DNA from: a virus
Reading direction: 5' to 3' (one strand)
Length of the DNA stretch: 64,000 nucleotides
IMG/VR virus record: IMGVR_UViG_3300044632_000653
Shown: piece by piece, positions 27,567-37,043 of the stretch
Position numbering within the stretch: the stretch's first letter is position 1
How the letters are laid out: each line of letters begins with the position of its first letter
Program-made: the position numbers and the translations under genes
Notes under the pieces: generated by a model
What the model saw: the letters and a program-made list of their open reading frames with translations, nothing else
Told to the model about the DNA's origin: nothing
Database searches by the model: none

Positions 27567-30392
27567 TCATAGGGCAGGTGCCTCGGCGAACAGCAAGGCA
27601 CGGTATGTCGGGTCGTTGTTCCTGCTCATCCTCGACATGAGTACCGCCGATCCGCCGCCTCCACCGCCTCCGATGAGGTTCGTTGTGGGTGCATTGATCA
27701 TGGAAGAATCCTGCCTGTTTGCTTGGAACTGCGCCATGGAGGTCTGATTTGCAGCCGTGTTGAGGCTTCCCACGGGATACGACTGCGGCATCGACATGGC
27801 GGCGAACTGAACTCCTCCACCCTGACCGCCGATGGGGACAGTCGTAAACGATCCTGGTGCCAAGGGAACCGCCGCCGAGGGCATACTCTGCGGGAGGATC
27901 GCCACGGAACTCCGCTGCGGAGACTCAAATATGTCCTTGGCTTTCTCGACCTCGGGGGGTGTCTCGGGTGTACCGCCACCCAACGCAGCCTTGATCGAAC
28001 TTCCGATGATGGGGAGTTCTCCCAAGGCATCGGCGATGGAGTTGATGATGTCGGTGAAGAACCCGACCAACTTGCCGTGCAGCCAAGTGCCGAAGTCCAA
28101 GAGATCGTCTATCCATACTCCGCTAGTGATCCAATCCCATACCCACATGACTGCGTCTGCCAACATCTTCGGCAGGTCGTAGACGAAGAACTTCACCAAG
28201 TAGAAAGCCGCCTTGATGAGCATGATGGGGATCATTATGAAGGTCTGAACCAACCGACCGACGAGGAACTTGGCGTATGCCAAGAACATCTCGACCACCG
28301 ACTTCAGCACCTTCGATACGAGGCTTCCTCCTCCTTGGAAGATGCCGACGATGTTCTTGAAGGCATCCACGAAGGGCTTGATCATCATGTTGTAGGACTG
28401 CTTTGCGAAGGTCGCAAAGGTCTCAAACAGACCACCCATCGTCTTGTTGAAGAAGTCAAATATCGTTTGGAAGTTGAGGAGACCGAATGTGAGACCGCTG
28501 ATGATCTGTGCGACGGCTCCCATGATGGCACCCTTGAGTCCCATCTGCTTGAAGCCCTTGAATGCGCCGATCACGCCGTCGATGAGGGAAATCAGGATTT
28601 GGAGCGGGAAGAAGATCTTGGACACAAGACCGAAGCCGAACCGCATGGCACCGAGGATCCTCGGGAAGAAGCCGAGAAGCCTCCCCACGAACGGGATCGA
28701 CTTCGACATCGCCATGAGACCCTTCTCAAGCGACAGGAACCCCGATCCGAGTTTGCCCATGAAGCCGCCGACACCCGAGCCGATACCCGCAAACATCTTC
28801 CCGACCACGGGGATGTACTTGGTGATGAAGGTCAGGGCACTCCAAACCATCTTGATGTAGTTGTAGATGTACCCGATGGTGCCGCCGATCACGACGGCGA
28901 GGAGGATGAGAATCGTCTTGAACCAACCGTCCTCCTTCTTGAAGATGTCGCCGAGGAGTTCCTTCATCGACTCGCTCGACTTGATGTACTCATCGATCAT
29001 CTTCTGCGCCCATGCGGGAGTGTCGTTCGCAGCCTCGGCTTCACGCTCCGCAGCCTTGACGCTCTCCTGCTTCATGTGGCTGATGGCGACGAGTTCAGTC
29101 TTCTCAAGGGACTTGAATCGGTCGATGGTCTCCTTGTGACGCTTCTGTGCGTCCCTGATCTCTTGGCTGTCGCCCCTCGACTTCGCCATCGATGTGGCGG
29201 CGGCAAGGGAGACCCCCTTCTCCTTCATTATGGTTTCGACCTGCTTCTTGCGGATCTCGTTGAGTTCCCGCTCCTGCTTCACCATCATCTGTTGAACGAT
29301 GGCTGACTTCTTGGACTCAAGGAACTGCTCCTTGTGGGCTTCGATGGCATCGGGGGTAGCGTCGGGGTTCTCCAACGAGTACCGCTTCATCTCGGCTTCG
29401 GTGATGGCATCGATCTGCTCCTTGATCTCGGACAGACCGACGATGCCCCCTTGCGAGATGAACTTCGATGCGAGGACATCGCCTTCAGCCTCCTTCTTCT
29501 GCTGATCGGCGTACTCCTGCGCATACTCTGCCGCCTTCTTCCTGTTCTCTGCCATCTGACTTGCGGCGAGGCGTTCGTTCTCCATCCGCTTGTCGAAGGC
29601 TTGCTTCTCCTTCTTCAGAGCCTCCTCGTAGTTCGCCTTCTTGAGAGCCTCGGCGGCGGCGTTCTCCTCCTGCATCAATTTGTTGAGACCATCCTCAACG
29701 AGTTTGCCCGTTTCCTCGGAGACCCTCTGCTGCATCTCGGCGACGGTAACGCCTATCTGATCTAAGGCGAAAATTGACCTGTCCAACGCCGCTTCAAGAT
29801 CAAGACCAACCCCAAAATTGTAATCGCTGATCTTCTCGCTCATCGCCTTCATCTCGGCGATGCTGTCGCTGCGCTGCTTCGATTCCGACTCAAGGATTTT
29901 CTTGCTCTCCTCAAGCGAGGAGGCATGCTGCATGACCTCTTCTTCCGCAGCCTTCAACTCGGCACTTACGCCAGACAGACCCTCGGAGAGTTTCTTGTCG
30001 TACTCCTCCTTGATCTTCTTGGTGTTCTCGTACCAAGTCCCGTCTTCCTTGCGGTACTTCTTGTACTCCTCCTCTATCTTCTTCCGCTCGTTCTCCTGCT
30101 TCACATACAGACGCTGCTGTCGAATAGCAGCCTCTGCCAACTTGGTGCGGGTCTCCTGCTCCTTCTTCAGGGTCTCGGCAAGGGAGGCATTCAGTTTTTC
30201 GATGGTCTTGTTCAGTTCGTTGTTCTTGTCAACAAACTGATCGAAAGCCTGAGTGATGTCGCTCGGATCGGGGATCGCACTAGCGGGAGGTGGAGGTGCA
30301 GGGTTCGGCTGACCCATCCCCTGATCGTTCAGAGGAGGTCTGCCAGGATTGCCTCCCGATCCCATCGGATTGTTGGTTGATTCTCCCGCCAT
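27567..30392 (-). CDS. Tape measure protein (gp29-like)
   Basis: Long coiled-coil N-half, hydrophobic amphipathic repeats, C-terminal NAPTTN motif; lies downstream of gp26/gp51. Confidence 0.7.
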   Translation of the reverse strand: MAGESTNNPMGSGGNPGRPPLNDQGMGQPNPAPPPPASAIPDPSDITQAFDQFVDKNNELNKTIEKLNASLAETLKKEQETRTKLAEAAIRQQRLYVKQENERKKIEEEYKKYRKEDGTWYENTKKIKEEYDKKLSEGLSGVSAELKAAEEEVMQHASSLEESKKILESESKQRSDSIAEMKAMSEKISDYNFGVGLDLEAALDRSIFALDQIGVTVAEMQQRVSEETGKLVEDGLNKLMQEENAAAEALKKANYEEALKKEKQAFDKRMENERLAASQMAENRKKAAEYAQEYADQQKKEAEGDVLASKFISQGGIVGLSEIKEQIDAITEAEMKRYSLENPDATPDAIEAHKEQFLESKKSAIVQQMMVKQERELNEIRKKQVETIMKEKGVSLAAATSMAKSRGDSQEIRDAQKRHKETIDRFKSLEKTELVAISHMKQESVKAAEREAEAANDTPAWAQKMIDEYIKSSESMKELLGDIFKKEDGWFKTILILLAVVIGGTIGYIYNYIKMVWSALTFITKYIPVVGKMFAGIGSGVGGFMGKLGSGFLSLEKGLMAMSKSIPFVGRLLGFFPRILGAMRFGFGLVSKIFFPLQILISLIDGVIGAFKGFKQMGLKGAIMGAVAQIISGLTFGLLNFQTIFDFFNKTMGGLFETFATFAKQSYNMMIKPFVDAFKNIVGIFQGGGSLVSKVLKSVVEMFLAYAKFLVGRLVQTFIMIPIMLIKAAFYLVKFFVYDLPKMLADAVMWVWDWITSGVWIDDLLDFGTWLHGKLVGFFTDIINSIADALGELPIIGSSIKAALGGGTPETPPEVEKAKDIFESPQRSSVAILPQSMPSAAVPLAPGSFTTVPIGGQGGGVQFAAMSMPQSYPVGSLNTAANQTSMAQFQANRQDSSMINAPTTNLIGGGGGGGSAVLMSRMSRNNDPTYRALLFAEAPAL

Positions 30393-30404
30393 GATCGTTC
30401 CTTG

Positions 30405-30605
30405 CTAGTGCTGCTGATGCTTCAGCGACTCCATCTTTTCCTTCTCATTCCTCAAGTGTTCCATGAGGAGGTCGATGTAGACCCTCCGTTCCCACGGCAT
30501 CATGCCCTCAAGATCGGTCAGCGTGTAGTTGAAGTTCTGCATCATGGCGAAGTTGACCGATAGCATGTTCAGAAGGCTGTCGTGGGAGGAGGCTATGAGA
30601 AAAAA
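30405..30605 (-). CDS. gp51: Baseplate hub assembly catalyst gp51-like (probably translated by -1 frameshift from gp26)
   Basis: HDSL.N...NFAMMQ..NYTLTDLEGMMPWERRVYIDLL; within the homologous part the first in-frame ATG is at 30566. Confidence 0.75.
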   Translation of the reverse strand, partial: FFLIASSHDSLLNMLSVNFAMMQNFNYTLTDLEGMMPWERRVYIDLLMEHLRNEKEKMESLKHQQH

Positions 30606-31300
30606 CTTGCGATCCCCTTGAGCATATGCTCGTTGTGGTGCTTGCAAATCGTGCAGTCGAAAGCCAAAGACTTCTCGATTTTGGGCATCGTGTCGAGGAA
30701 GTCGAACAGTTTCCTGAACTGGTCCTGCGTCATCTGATCGATGAACTCACGGACATCCGTCTCCTGCATCTCCGAGCAGTTGTAGACGGTCTCTCCTTGG
30801 TTGATCTTGTCGATGCACTTGGTCAGCAGGGCGAAGGTCCTGTCCACATCCGAGCCCTCGCCGAGGGCATCGATGTCCTCAAGGGTGGGATACCGCATCA
30901 CGATGCTGATGTCGGCGACGAGCGGTATGACCTTCCTGTGGTTGGGATTCGACTGAGGGGTCAGTTCCTTGATGTTGATCTCGCACTCGTTGCCCCCGCC
31001 ACACTTCTCGCACTTGATCGTCGGCTTGGTGGTCTCGCCGACAGACTGACTGCGGAGTTGGAGGAACAGGTATTCCATGTCTAGGAGGGGGATCTTGGTC
31101 ACATCGACCTTGCCTCCCGTGCATGAGAGTACGACCTCCCTGATTGCGCTGTAGATGCTCTTCTCGTTCTTGGTTTCCGCCGCCATGAGGAGGATCTTCT
31201 CCTCCTTGACGATGAACGGTCGATATTCGACCTTCTTCCCGCTGAGAGGGAGGATGGTCTGATGCTTGGGTACTGATGCGAGGATTCCGCTGAGGGACAT
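30593..31300 (-). CDS. gp26: Baseplate hub subunit / tail assembly chaperone
   Basis: YRPFIVKEEKILLMA, DMEYLFLQLRSQSVGE, CxxC pairs, MRYPT, MPK, ends GIASFF. Confidence 0.9.
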   Translation of the reverse strand: MSLSGILASVPKHQTILPLSGKKVEYRPFIVKEEKILLMAAETKNEKSIYSAIREVVLSCTGGKVDVTKIPLLDMEYLFLQLRSQSVGETTKPTIKCEKCGGGNECEINIKELTPQSNPNHRKVIPLVADISIVMRYPTLEDIDALGEGSDVDRTFALLTKCIDKINQGETVYNCSEMQETDVREFIDQMTQDQFRKLFDFLDTMPKIEKSLAFDCTICKHHNEHMLKGIASFFS

Positions 31301-31327
31301 GCTGTCAATCTCCTATGGTGTAGATGG

Positions 31328-32362
31328 TCATCCGAAGAAGCCCGCTCCGAAAAACCCTTGGGTCTGCGAGAGCAGGGTCAAGCCGAGGTCCAATCCGCCT
31401 TGGCGTGGGGTTTGGTAAACCACCCTGCCATCGACTGCCCTCGGGAAGTTTTCGTTCTTGTACTCCTCCAACTGCCGAGAGTAAGCCTCAAGTATGGAAC
31501 GCTGCTTCCTCTGAAGTTGGTCGAAGTTCGCCCGTTCCCGCATTCCACCGACGATGAAGCCATTGACCGCCTTGTTGAGGTTGAATTGGCTCTGCCGCAG
31601 GATCTTCTCGTTAGAACTGTTGTCGATGACGGGGAAGCCCGTGTCCGTGATGGTGGGCAGGGTGTTGGTGTAGGTGAGGTTGATTTCCTTGAGGGGGACC
31701 ATGTCGTGGTACATCAGTCCGACATCGATGGTCATCGGCTCGGAGCCCGATCCGTAGTTGAGCGAACCTCCGTTGATGTTCACCCTGTATGGGTACACCT
31801 CGGTCAGGCGCACCCCCGTGATCTTCCCCTGATACATCGCCTCCATAGCCATATCGAAGTTCCTGACATGCTTGGGGAGGAGCATGATGTACACCTCGCT
31901 CTCCTTGGCATAGTCATCGTAGAACCGCCATTGCTTGGTGACGGGGTTCTGCGGGTACGAGTACCAACCGTCGAAGAACTCCTTCTCAAACAGGTCGGAG
32001 CCGCAGTTGAACTGAAACAGCATTCCCGAACTGTTGTTGGTGTTCTTCTTATAGGGGAACATTCGGTTGGACCCCGCCGTGATGTAGTTCTCCTCGCTGG
32101 TGTACCAACTCTTGTCGTTGATGGTCATCGACTTGCAGGTGGTTGCGAGTCGGGCTACATCGGGGACGAACTCCATCCCGAGTGCCGAGCGAACACGCTC
32201 GTTGGGGAAGATCATCACAAGCCATCGGTTGGCTGACATCCAACCCGTTTCCCGCAGCCGACCGTAGGCATAGTCCATGAAGGACGGCGCAGGGCTGTCC
32301 TTGGATCCCTCTAGGAACCTTGCCCGTGACGAAAGGAAGTCTGTGCGGAAGTCGAGTGCCAT
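31328..32362 (-). CDS. gp54: Baseplate tail tube initiator (gp54-like)
   Basis: ANRWLV, CKS, FPY, EKEFFDGW, FYDDY, LTEVYP tube-fold pattern; synteny. Confidence 0.65.
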   Translation of the reverse strand: MALDFRTDFLSSRARFLEGSKDSPAPSFMDYAYGRLRETGWMSANRWLVMIFPNERVRSALGMEFVPDVARLATTCKSMTINDKSWYTSEENYITAGSNRMFPYKKNTNNSSGMLFQFNCGSDLFEKEFFDGWYSYPQNPVTKQWRFYDDYAKESEVYIMLLPKHVRNFDMAMEAMYQGKITGVRLTEVYPYRVNINGGSLNYGSGSEPMTIDVGLMYHDMVPLKEINLTYTNTLPTITDTGFPVIDNSSNEKILRQSQFNLNKAVNGFIVGGMRERANFDQLQRKQRSILEAYSRQLEEYKNENFPRAVDGRVVYQTPRQGGLDLGLTLLSQTQGFFGAGFFG

Positions 32363-32370
32363 AGGAGTAT

Positions 32371-32967
32371 CTATTTGGCTAACTTCCACACCTGTTCCCG
32401 AGTCGCTCCTTGGAAGTCATCCATGGGGAAGAACGGAACCGTCTTCCACTCGGCAGACGAGATGAAGGCGATGTCGCTGACGATGTGGCTGTAGAGGTAA
32501 CGCTTGATGCAGGGGCGGTAGGGCTTGAGTTTCTTGGTCGCCTTCAGTATCGGGTAGGTGACCCTGATGAGTGCCTTGTAGTTGTTGTAGACAGCCCAAT
32601 TCGGGTCATCCACCAACTTGATGAGGTTGTTGAGGAAGGTAGCCCGAACGCTCGGCGGGATGTAGTGAAGGTTGAGACCTAGAAATCCCTTGGGCTTCGG
32701 GTGGAGGATGATGACCACGGGGAACGCATCCCAAAACGGGAGTTCGTCTTGGGTCTTGGGGTCGTATGCGTAGAAGACCATCCTCCCAGGCGAGAGTTGG
32801 TTCCTCTTGGTGATCGTCCTTGACGAGTCGATGAACGAGGACTGCCGCATCCCCGTCTTGATCTTGGAGAGGTTGGTGGCAAGCCATTTCGTCGCCTTCG
32901 GGTCCTTGAGGCTCAGTCCCGAGCGACCGAAGTCCCGCACCACCTTTGCTGCCGCTTTCTTGGTCAT
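32371..32967 (-). CDS. gp2: DNA end protector protein
   Basis: PGRMVFYAYDPK...LPFWDAFP, GFLGLNLHYIP, CIKRYL, VW at the C-terminus. Confidence 0.9.
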   Translation of the reverse strand: MTKKAAAKVVRDFGRSGLSLKDPKATKWLATNLSKIKTGMRQSSFIDSSRTITKRNQLSPGRMVFYAYDPKTQDELPFWDAFPVVIILHPKPKGFLGLNLHYIPPSVRATFLNNLIKLVDDPNWAVYNNYKALIRVTYPILKATKKLKPYRPCIKRYLYSHIVSDIAFISSAEWKTVPFFPMDDFQGATREQVWKLAK

Positions 32968-33428
32968 GCCTTTGCCTTTCCGAAGATGTTTTCCTCAGTC
33001 AGGATGCGGAAACTCCAACCCCTGTCCTCGCAGTAGTCCTTAGCCGCAGACCACTTCGCCGAGTTGATCATCCAATTCCTGATCTCCGTGATCTTGCTCT
33101 TGGACACCCTCTTGGTGGTGGGTTGCTCGGGCTTCATCGTCTGCTTCTTGGGCTTCACCTCAATCAGGGACTCCTCCACGGTTCCATCGGGCTTCCTGAT
33201 CCGAACCCAAAAGTCCACGAAGTACCTGTGTCTCCTGCCGTCTAGCGGGGAGATGTAGGGCACGATCACTTCCTCGGATGACCACTCGACCACGGAGTCG
33301 TTCTCGTCGCAGAATGTCATAAACCTGCGCTCCCACAGAGAGCGGTAGAAGCACATGTTGGCATCCCCTTTGTACTTCTGCGGCTGCTTTGGCTTGAATT
33401 TTCCCTTGTAAGACTTGCCCGTGGCTAT
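32964..33428 (-). CDS. gp4: Head completion nuclease (probable AUA start; alternative GTG 33461)
   Basis: YKGKFKPKQPQKYKGD, YRSLWE..FM..CD, WSSEE..VPY, HRYFVDF, IEVKP, N.AKW.AA, ILTE. Confidence 0.92.
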   Translation of the reverse strand: MATGKSYKGKFKPKQPQKYKGDANMCFYRSLWERRFMTFCDENDSVVEWSSEEVIVPYISPLDGRRHRYFVDFWVRIRKPDGTVEESLIEVKPKKQTMKPEQPTTKRVSKSKITEIRNWMINSAKWSAAKDYCEDRGWSFRILTEENIFGKAKA

Positions 33429-33448
33429 GGCAGATCCCTCCGCTTCCT

Positions 33449-33471
33449 TATGTAGCGGCACTCGCTAAATA
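33449..33471. promoter_or_regulatory. Back-to-back late boxes: CTACATA (-, 33455-33449) and CTAAATA (+, 33465-33471)
   Basis: Divergent gap between gp4 and gp48. Confidence 0.6.
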
Positions 33472-33479
33472 CGATCACG

Positions 33480-34649
33480 ATGGCAAACGAATACAGCAGC
33501 GTGGGGACATTTGGGGACATTCGTGCTATTGAGGGCATGCTCCTCAATAAGTCGAGGTCTGCGTTTGAGCGTCGGCTCTACGAGCGTGGCAAGGATGTCC
33601 GAGACAGGAAGCACTACAAGTACCCTCTTGAGATCCTCAGCACTCCCGACCACATGAACGCTATGTGCATTGAGATATGGGACAACAATCCCGCATATCT
33701 CGCCACTAAGCGTGAGACATTCAAGCGTCTTGGCGAGAGTGCCGCCCGAGCGGTGGGTGCCTCGCAGCAGAACGCCCAAAATGGACAGGCGGCAGCCGAC
33801 ATCGGGGACATCGTGGGTGCTGGTATCCAAGGCGCAGCGGCTGCTGCGGGAGCCTTCGTCGGTTTGCTTTCGGATGCCTTCGTCGGAGGCAACCTACAAG
33901 GACAGGGCTCGGGAAGGGACTCCTACACAGAGGAACAGACGGGTCTTGCGGGTGGCACAGCCCCCGTCATGCACAGGATCTACCTGTACATGCCAACGAA
34001 CATGTCGTTCGGGTATGGATTTGAGTACGAGGATGCCAACATGAGCGGCATGGACATCCTCAAGTTGCCCAAGGCTTTGGCTCAAGGCAACGCCGAGGTG
34101 GCTAAGGACATAGGAAAGAAAATCGCAATGACCAATCTCAAGGTCCTTGACGATCTCGGCAGCAAGGTCGGTATCGAAGCAGGAACTCTCGGGAAGTTCT
34201 TCTCGGCGCAGCAGAGGCAGGTCATCAATCCCATGAACCTGCACATCTTCAAGGAGGTGAAGAGGCGTGAGTTCTCATTCGCATACACCTTCCTCCCGAA
34301 GAGCCGTGCGGAGATGCTCAACTGCCATGAGATCGTGAACATCCTCAAGTTCTTCGCTCACCCCAAGAGGTCCGAGGGCGAGGGAAGGTTCCTCGACTAC
34401 CCCGCAGAGTTTCAGATTTACTTCCTACAGGGCGACGGCAAGAACAACGCATACATGCCCTACATCTTCAAGTGTGCGCTGAAGGACATCAAGGTCTCCT
34501 ACGGCGAGGAAACCGTGTTCTCCACATTTGAGTCGGACGATTTCGGAGCATCTCCGACCAAGATGAAGTTGGATCTCACCTTCAGCGAACTTGAGATCCT
34601 GACCCGTGATAGGTTCGGCATCGATGTCGGCACCGTTCCGAGTGCATGA
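33480..34649 (+). CDS. gp48: Baseplate tail tube cap
   Basis: KYPL, IYLYMP, NP...FKEVKRREFSFAYTFLPKS..E, YPAEFQI, CALKDIKVSY, LTFSELEILTR. Confidence 0.85.
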   Translation: MANEYSSVGTFGDIRAIEGMLLNKSRSAFERRLYERGKDVRDRKHYKYPLEILSTPDHMNAMCIEIWDNNPAYLATKRETFKRLGESAARAVGASQQNAQNGQAAADIGDIVGAGIQGAAAAAGAFVGLLSDAFVGGNLQGQGSGRDSYTEEQTGLAGGTAPVMHRIYLYMPTNMSFGYGFEYEDANMSGMDILKLPKALAQGNAEVAKDIGKKIAMTNLKVLDDLGSKVGIEAGTLGKFFSAQQRQVINPMNLHIFKEVKRREFSFAYTFLPKSRAEMLNCHEIVNILKFFAHPKRSEGEGRFLDYPAEFQIYFLQGDGKNNAYMPYIFKCALKDIKVSYGEETVFSTFESDDFGASPTKMKLDLTFSELEILTRDRFGIDVGTVPSA

Positions 34650-34657
34650 GGTAAAGC

Positions 34658-35566
34658 ATGGGATACTTCGATTTCATCCCGAGCGTGGCTTATCCGAATG
34701 ACGAAGGCGGCAGGACCATCGTCAAGGACATACTCGTCCGTGGCAAGATCATCGACGCTCTCCGTGAAGCCGCCTCGGCGGCACTTGAGTACACGGTCGA
34801 GGACGAGGAGAAGCCCGAGACCCTCGCATACAGGATCTATGGCAGAGCCGACTACCATTGGCTCATTCTTCTCTTCAACGAGATCCACGATCCATTCTTC
34901 TCTTGGCCGATGAGCATCAACGAGATGGAGAAGCACATGGAGGCTTCCTACTCGGGCAAGGCACTCTTCATCGACCCTGTTGGTCTTTGGGACTATGACA
35001 AGGAACTTCCCCTCGACAGGCGTGTCCCCCACTTCGCAAAGGGAGACCTGATCCAACAGAAGGATGTCTTGGGGTCGGTGGTGGCGACCGCCGAAGTGAT
35101 TTCATGGGACCCCAACCTGTACAAGGTCGTGGTGGATTCCGTCAGCGGCTCGTTCAGGCTTGTGGGGGAGGCGGCTAGGCATACGAGCGTGATCTCGGAC
35201 AGGACCGCCTTGACGAGGGACATCACCACGGTCAACTCCACGGGCAAGACGATCACCGTCCCGCTCGTCAGGATCACCGATGACAACAGGTATGCCTTGC
35301 AGCGGTTTGAGAACTCCTCGCAGGAGGAGATATCCCCTTGGTTCCGTGCCAAGGGCAACCCTACGCCGATCATCGAAAAGTATGCGCTAGGCAGGTCCGA
35401 GGTCTTCCCGATGGGGGATAACGAGGTGGGAGAGGACCTCGGTAACGCCACAATCGTGACCAACATAGAGAACGAGGAGAGGATCAACGATGCGAAGCGC
35501 ACGATCAAGGTCATGCGTCCCGAGTACATCGACTTGGTCTTGAGAGACTTCCGCAGTCTGTTCTGA
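34658..35566 (+). CDS. gp53: Baseplate wedge subunit
   Basis: YFDFIP...Y, EEKPETLAYRIYG...HWLILLFNEIHDP..SWP, E...NDAKRTIK. Confidence 0.88.
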   Translation: MGYFDFIPSVAYPNDEGGRTIVKDILVRGKIIDALREAASAALEYTVEDEEKPETLAYRIYGRADYHWLILLFNEIHDPFFSWPMSINEMEKHMEASYSGKALFIDPVGLWDYDKELPLDRRVPHFAKGDLIQQKDVLGSVVATAEVISWDPNLYKVVVDSVSGSFRLVGEAARHTSVISDRTALTRDITTVNSTGKTITVPLVRITDDNRYALQRFENSSQEEISPWFRAKGNPTPIIEKYALGRSEVFPMGDNEVGEDLGNATIVTNIENEERINDAKRTIKVMRPEYIDLVLRDFRSLF

Positions 35567-35573
35567 GGAAACC

Positions 35574-37043
35574 ATGCCTGAGATCAATGACGAGACGATG
35601 ATGCGACCTGGCGATGTGGTGATCGATGAGATCACCCTTCGGTCCTACACGGGATTCAACCTCAGCCTCAAGGGCATATTTCAGAACTTCACCATCTACG
35701 AGGACATCTTTTCCAACTGCATGTCGGGAAGCATCACGCTGATCGACAGCATGAACCTCATCAAGCACTTCCCGATCATCGGTGCCGAGACCCTGACCGT
35801 GAAGTACAAGACCCCGTACAAGGGGTCGCCGTTGGTCAAGTTGGTTTTCCGAACCTACAAGATCTCGGTCAAGGTCGCCACGGCGCAGCCCTTCACGCAG
35901 ATGGTCAGGATCGAATTCATGTCCGACCACGCCTTCAAGAGCATGCAGAAGAAGGTGTCCAAGTCGTTCAATCGGATGCCTGTCTCCAAGATGGTCGAGA
36001 ACATATTCCTTGAGTACCTCGCAAGGACCGACGAGGAGAACAGCGGCATCCTCAAGGCTGCGCTGCAAGGTGCCGTGGCGGGAGGCATGATCGCAGGTAT
36101 TGCGGGTCCGATTGTCGCCGCTCCCACCGCAGCACTCGGTGCCGTGATCGGTGCGGTCAAGGAGGCTAACGACGATGACAGGATCCCGCTGCGGACTGTC
36201 GAGGAGACTTACGACACCCGCTCGTATGTCATACCCTATTGGTCTCCCTTGTACACGATCAACTGGTTGGCGCACAAGGCTCGCTCCAAGTACGACACAT
36301 CCCTCTGCGACTATGTCTTCTACGAGAACTCCGATGGTCACCACTTCATACCGATCTCACGGCTGAAGCGGCAGTCACCGAAGTTCACCTACACGGACTA
36401 TGTGCAGGGATTCAGAAGTCAGTCGGGCGAGAGGATGATCGAATCCGAACTTCGGAACATCATCGCCATGACCGTGGAGGACATCTCCGACAGGGTCAAG
36501 CAGCAGAGTTTGGGGATGCTTTCCTCGGCGATACTCGCCCATGACATGGTCACCAAGTCGTGGAAGACGGTCCACTTCAACTACGACGAGTCTTTCTACA
36601 GGCAAGGTTTGCATGTGGAGGAGTATCCGCTCATACCCGCCGAGAAGACGGACTACTCCAAGGCTGTCGAGTCGAGCATCAAGTACTACCCGAACACGAC
36701 ATACACCATGAACGGCATCGTGTCGAACAGCGAGCCCGAGGAGACGGTTCTGCTCAGGCAGTCCCTGCTCAATCAGATCAACTCGGTGAACATCATAGTT
36801 GAGTGCCACGGGGACACGAATGTGAAGGTCGGTCAGGTCATCGAACTCAGGATCCCCGCACCCGAGTCCACCAAGAAGGCTGACAAGTACGAGGATGACT
36901 ACATGCGTGGCAAGTACCTCGTAACGACCGTGAAGCACACGGTGACGGACAGGGACCACACCATGACCATGACCCTTTCCCGTGATTCCCTCCCCGAGGC
37001 AATCGCCGACTTCAAGAAGCCCGAACTCGCCATGGAGATCTGA
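35574..37043 (+). CDS. Baseplate hub protein (gp27-like)
   Basis: IYEDIFSNCMSGSI..IDS, PIIGAE, YVFYEN.DG.HF, GDTNVKVGQVI, GKYLVTTVKH; immediately before gp5. Confidence 0.75.
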   Translation: MPEINDETMMRPGDVVIDEITLRSYTGFNLSLKGIFQNFTIYEDIFSNCMSGSITLIDSMNLIKHFPIIGAETLTVKYKTPYKGSPLVKLVFRTYKISVKVATAQPFTQMVRIEFMSDHAFKSMQKKVSKSFNRMPVSKMVENIFLEYLARTDEENSGILKAALQGAVAGGMIAGIAGPIVAAPTAALGAVIGAVKEANDDDRIPLRTVEETYDTRSYVIPYWSPLYTINWLAHKARSKYDTSLCDYVFYENSDGHHFIPISRLKRQSPKFTYTDYVQGFRSQSGERMIESELRNIIAMTVEDISDRVKQQSLGMLSSAILAHDMVTKSWKTVHFNYDESFYRQGLHVEEYPLIPAEKTDYSKAVESSIKYYPNTTYTMNGIVSNSEPEETVLLRQSLLNQINSVNIIVECHGDTNVKVGQVIELRIPAPESTKKADKYEDDYMRGKYLVTTVKHTVTDRDHTMTMTLSRDSLPEAIADFKKPELAMEI

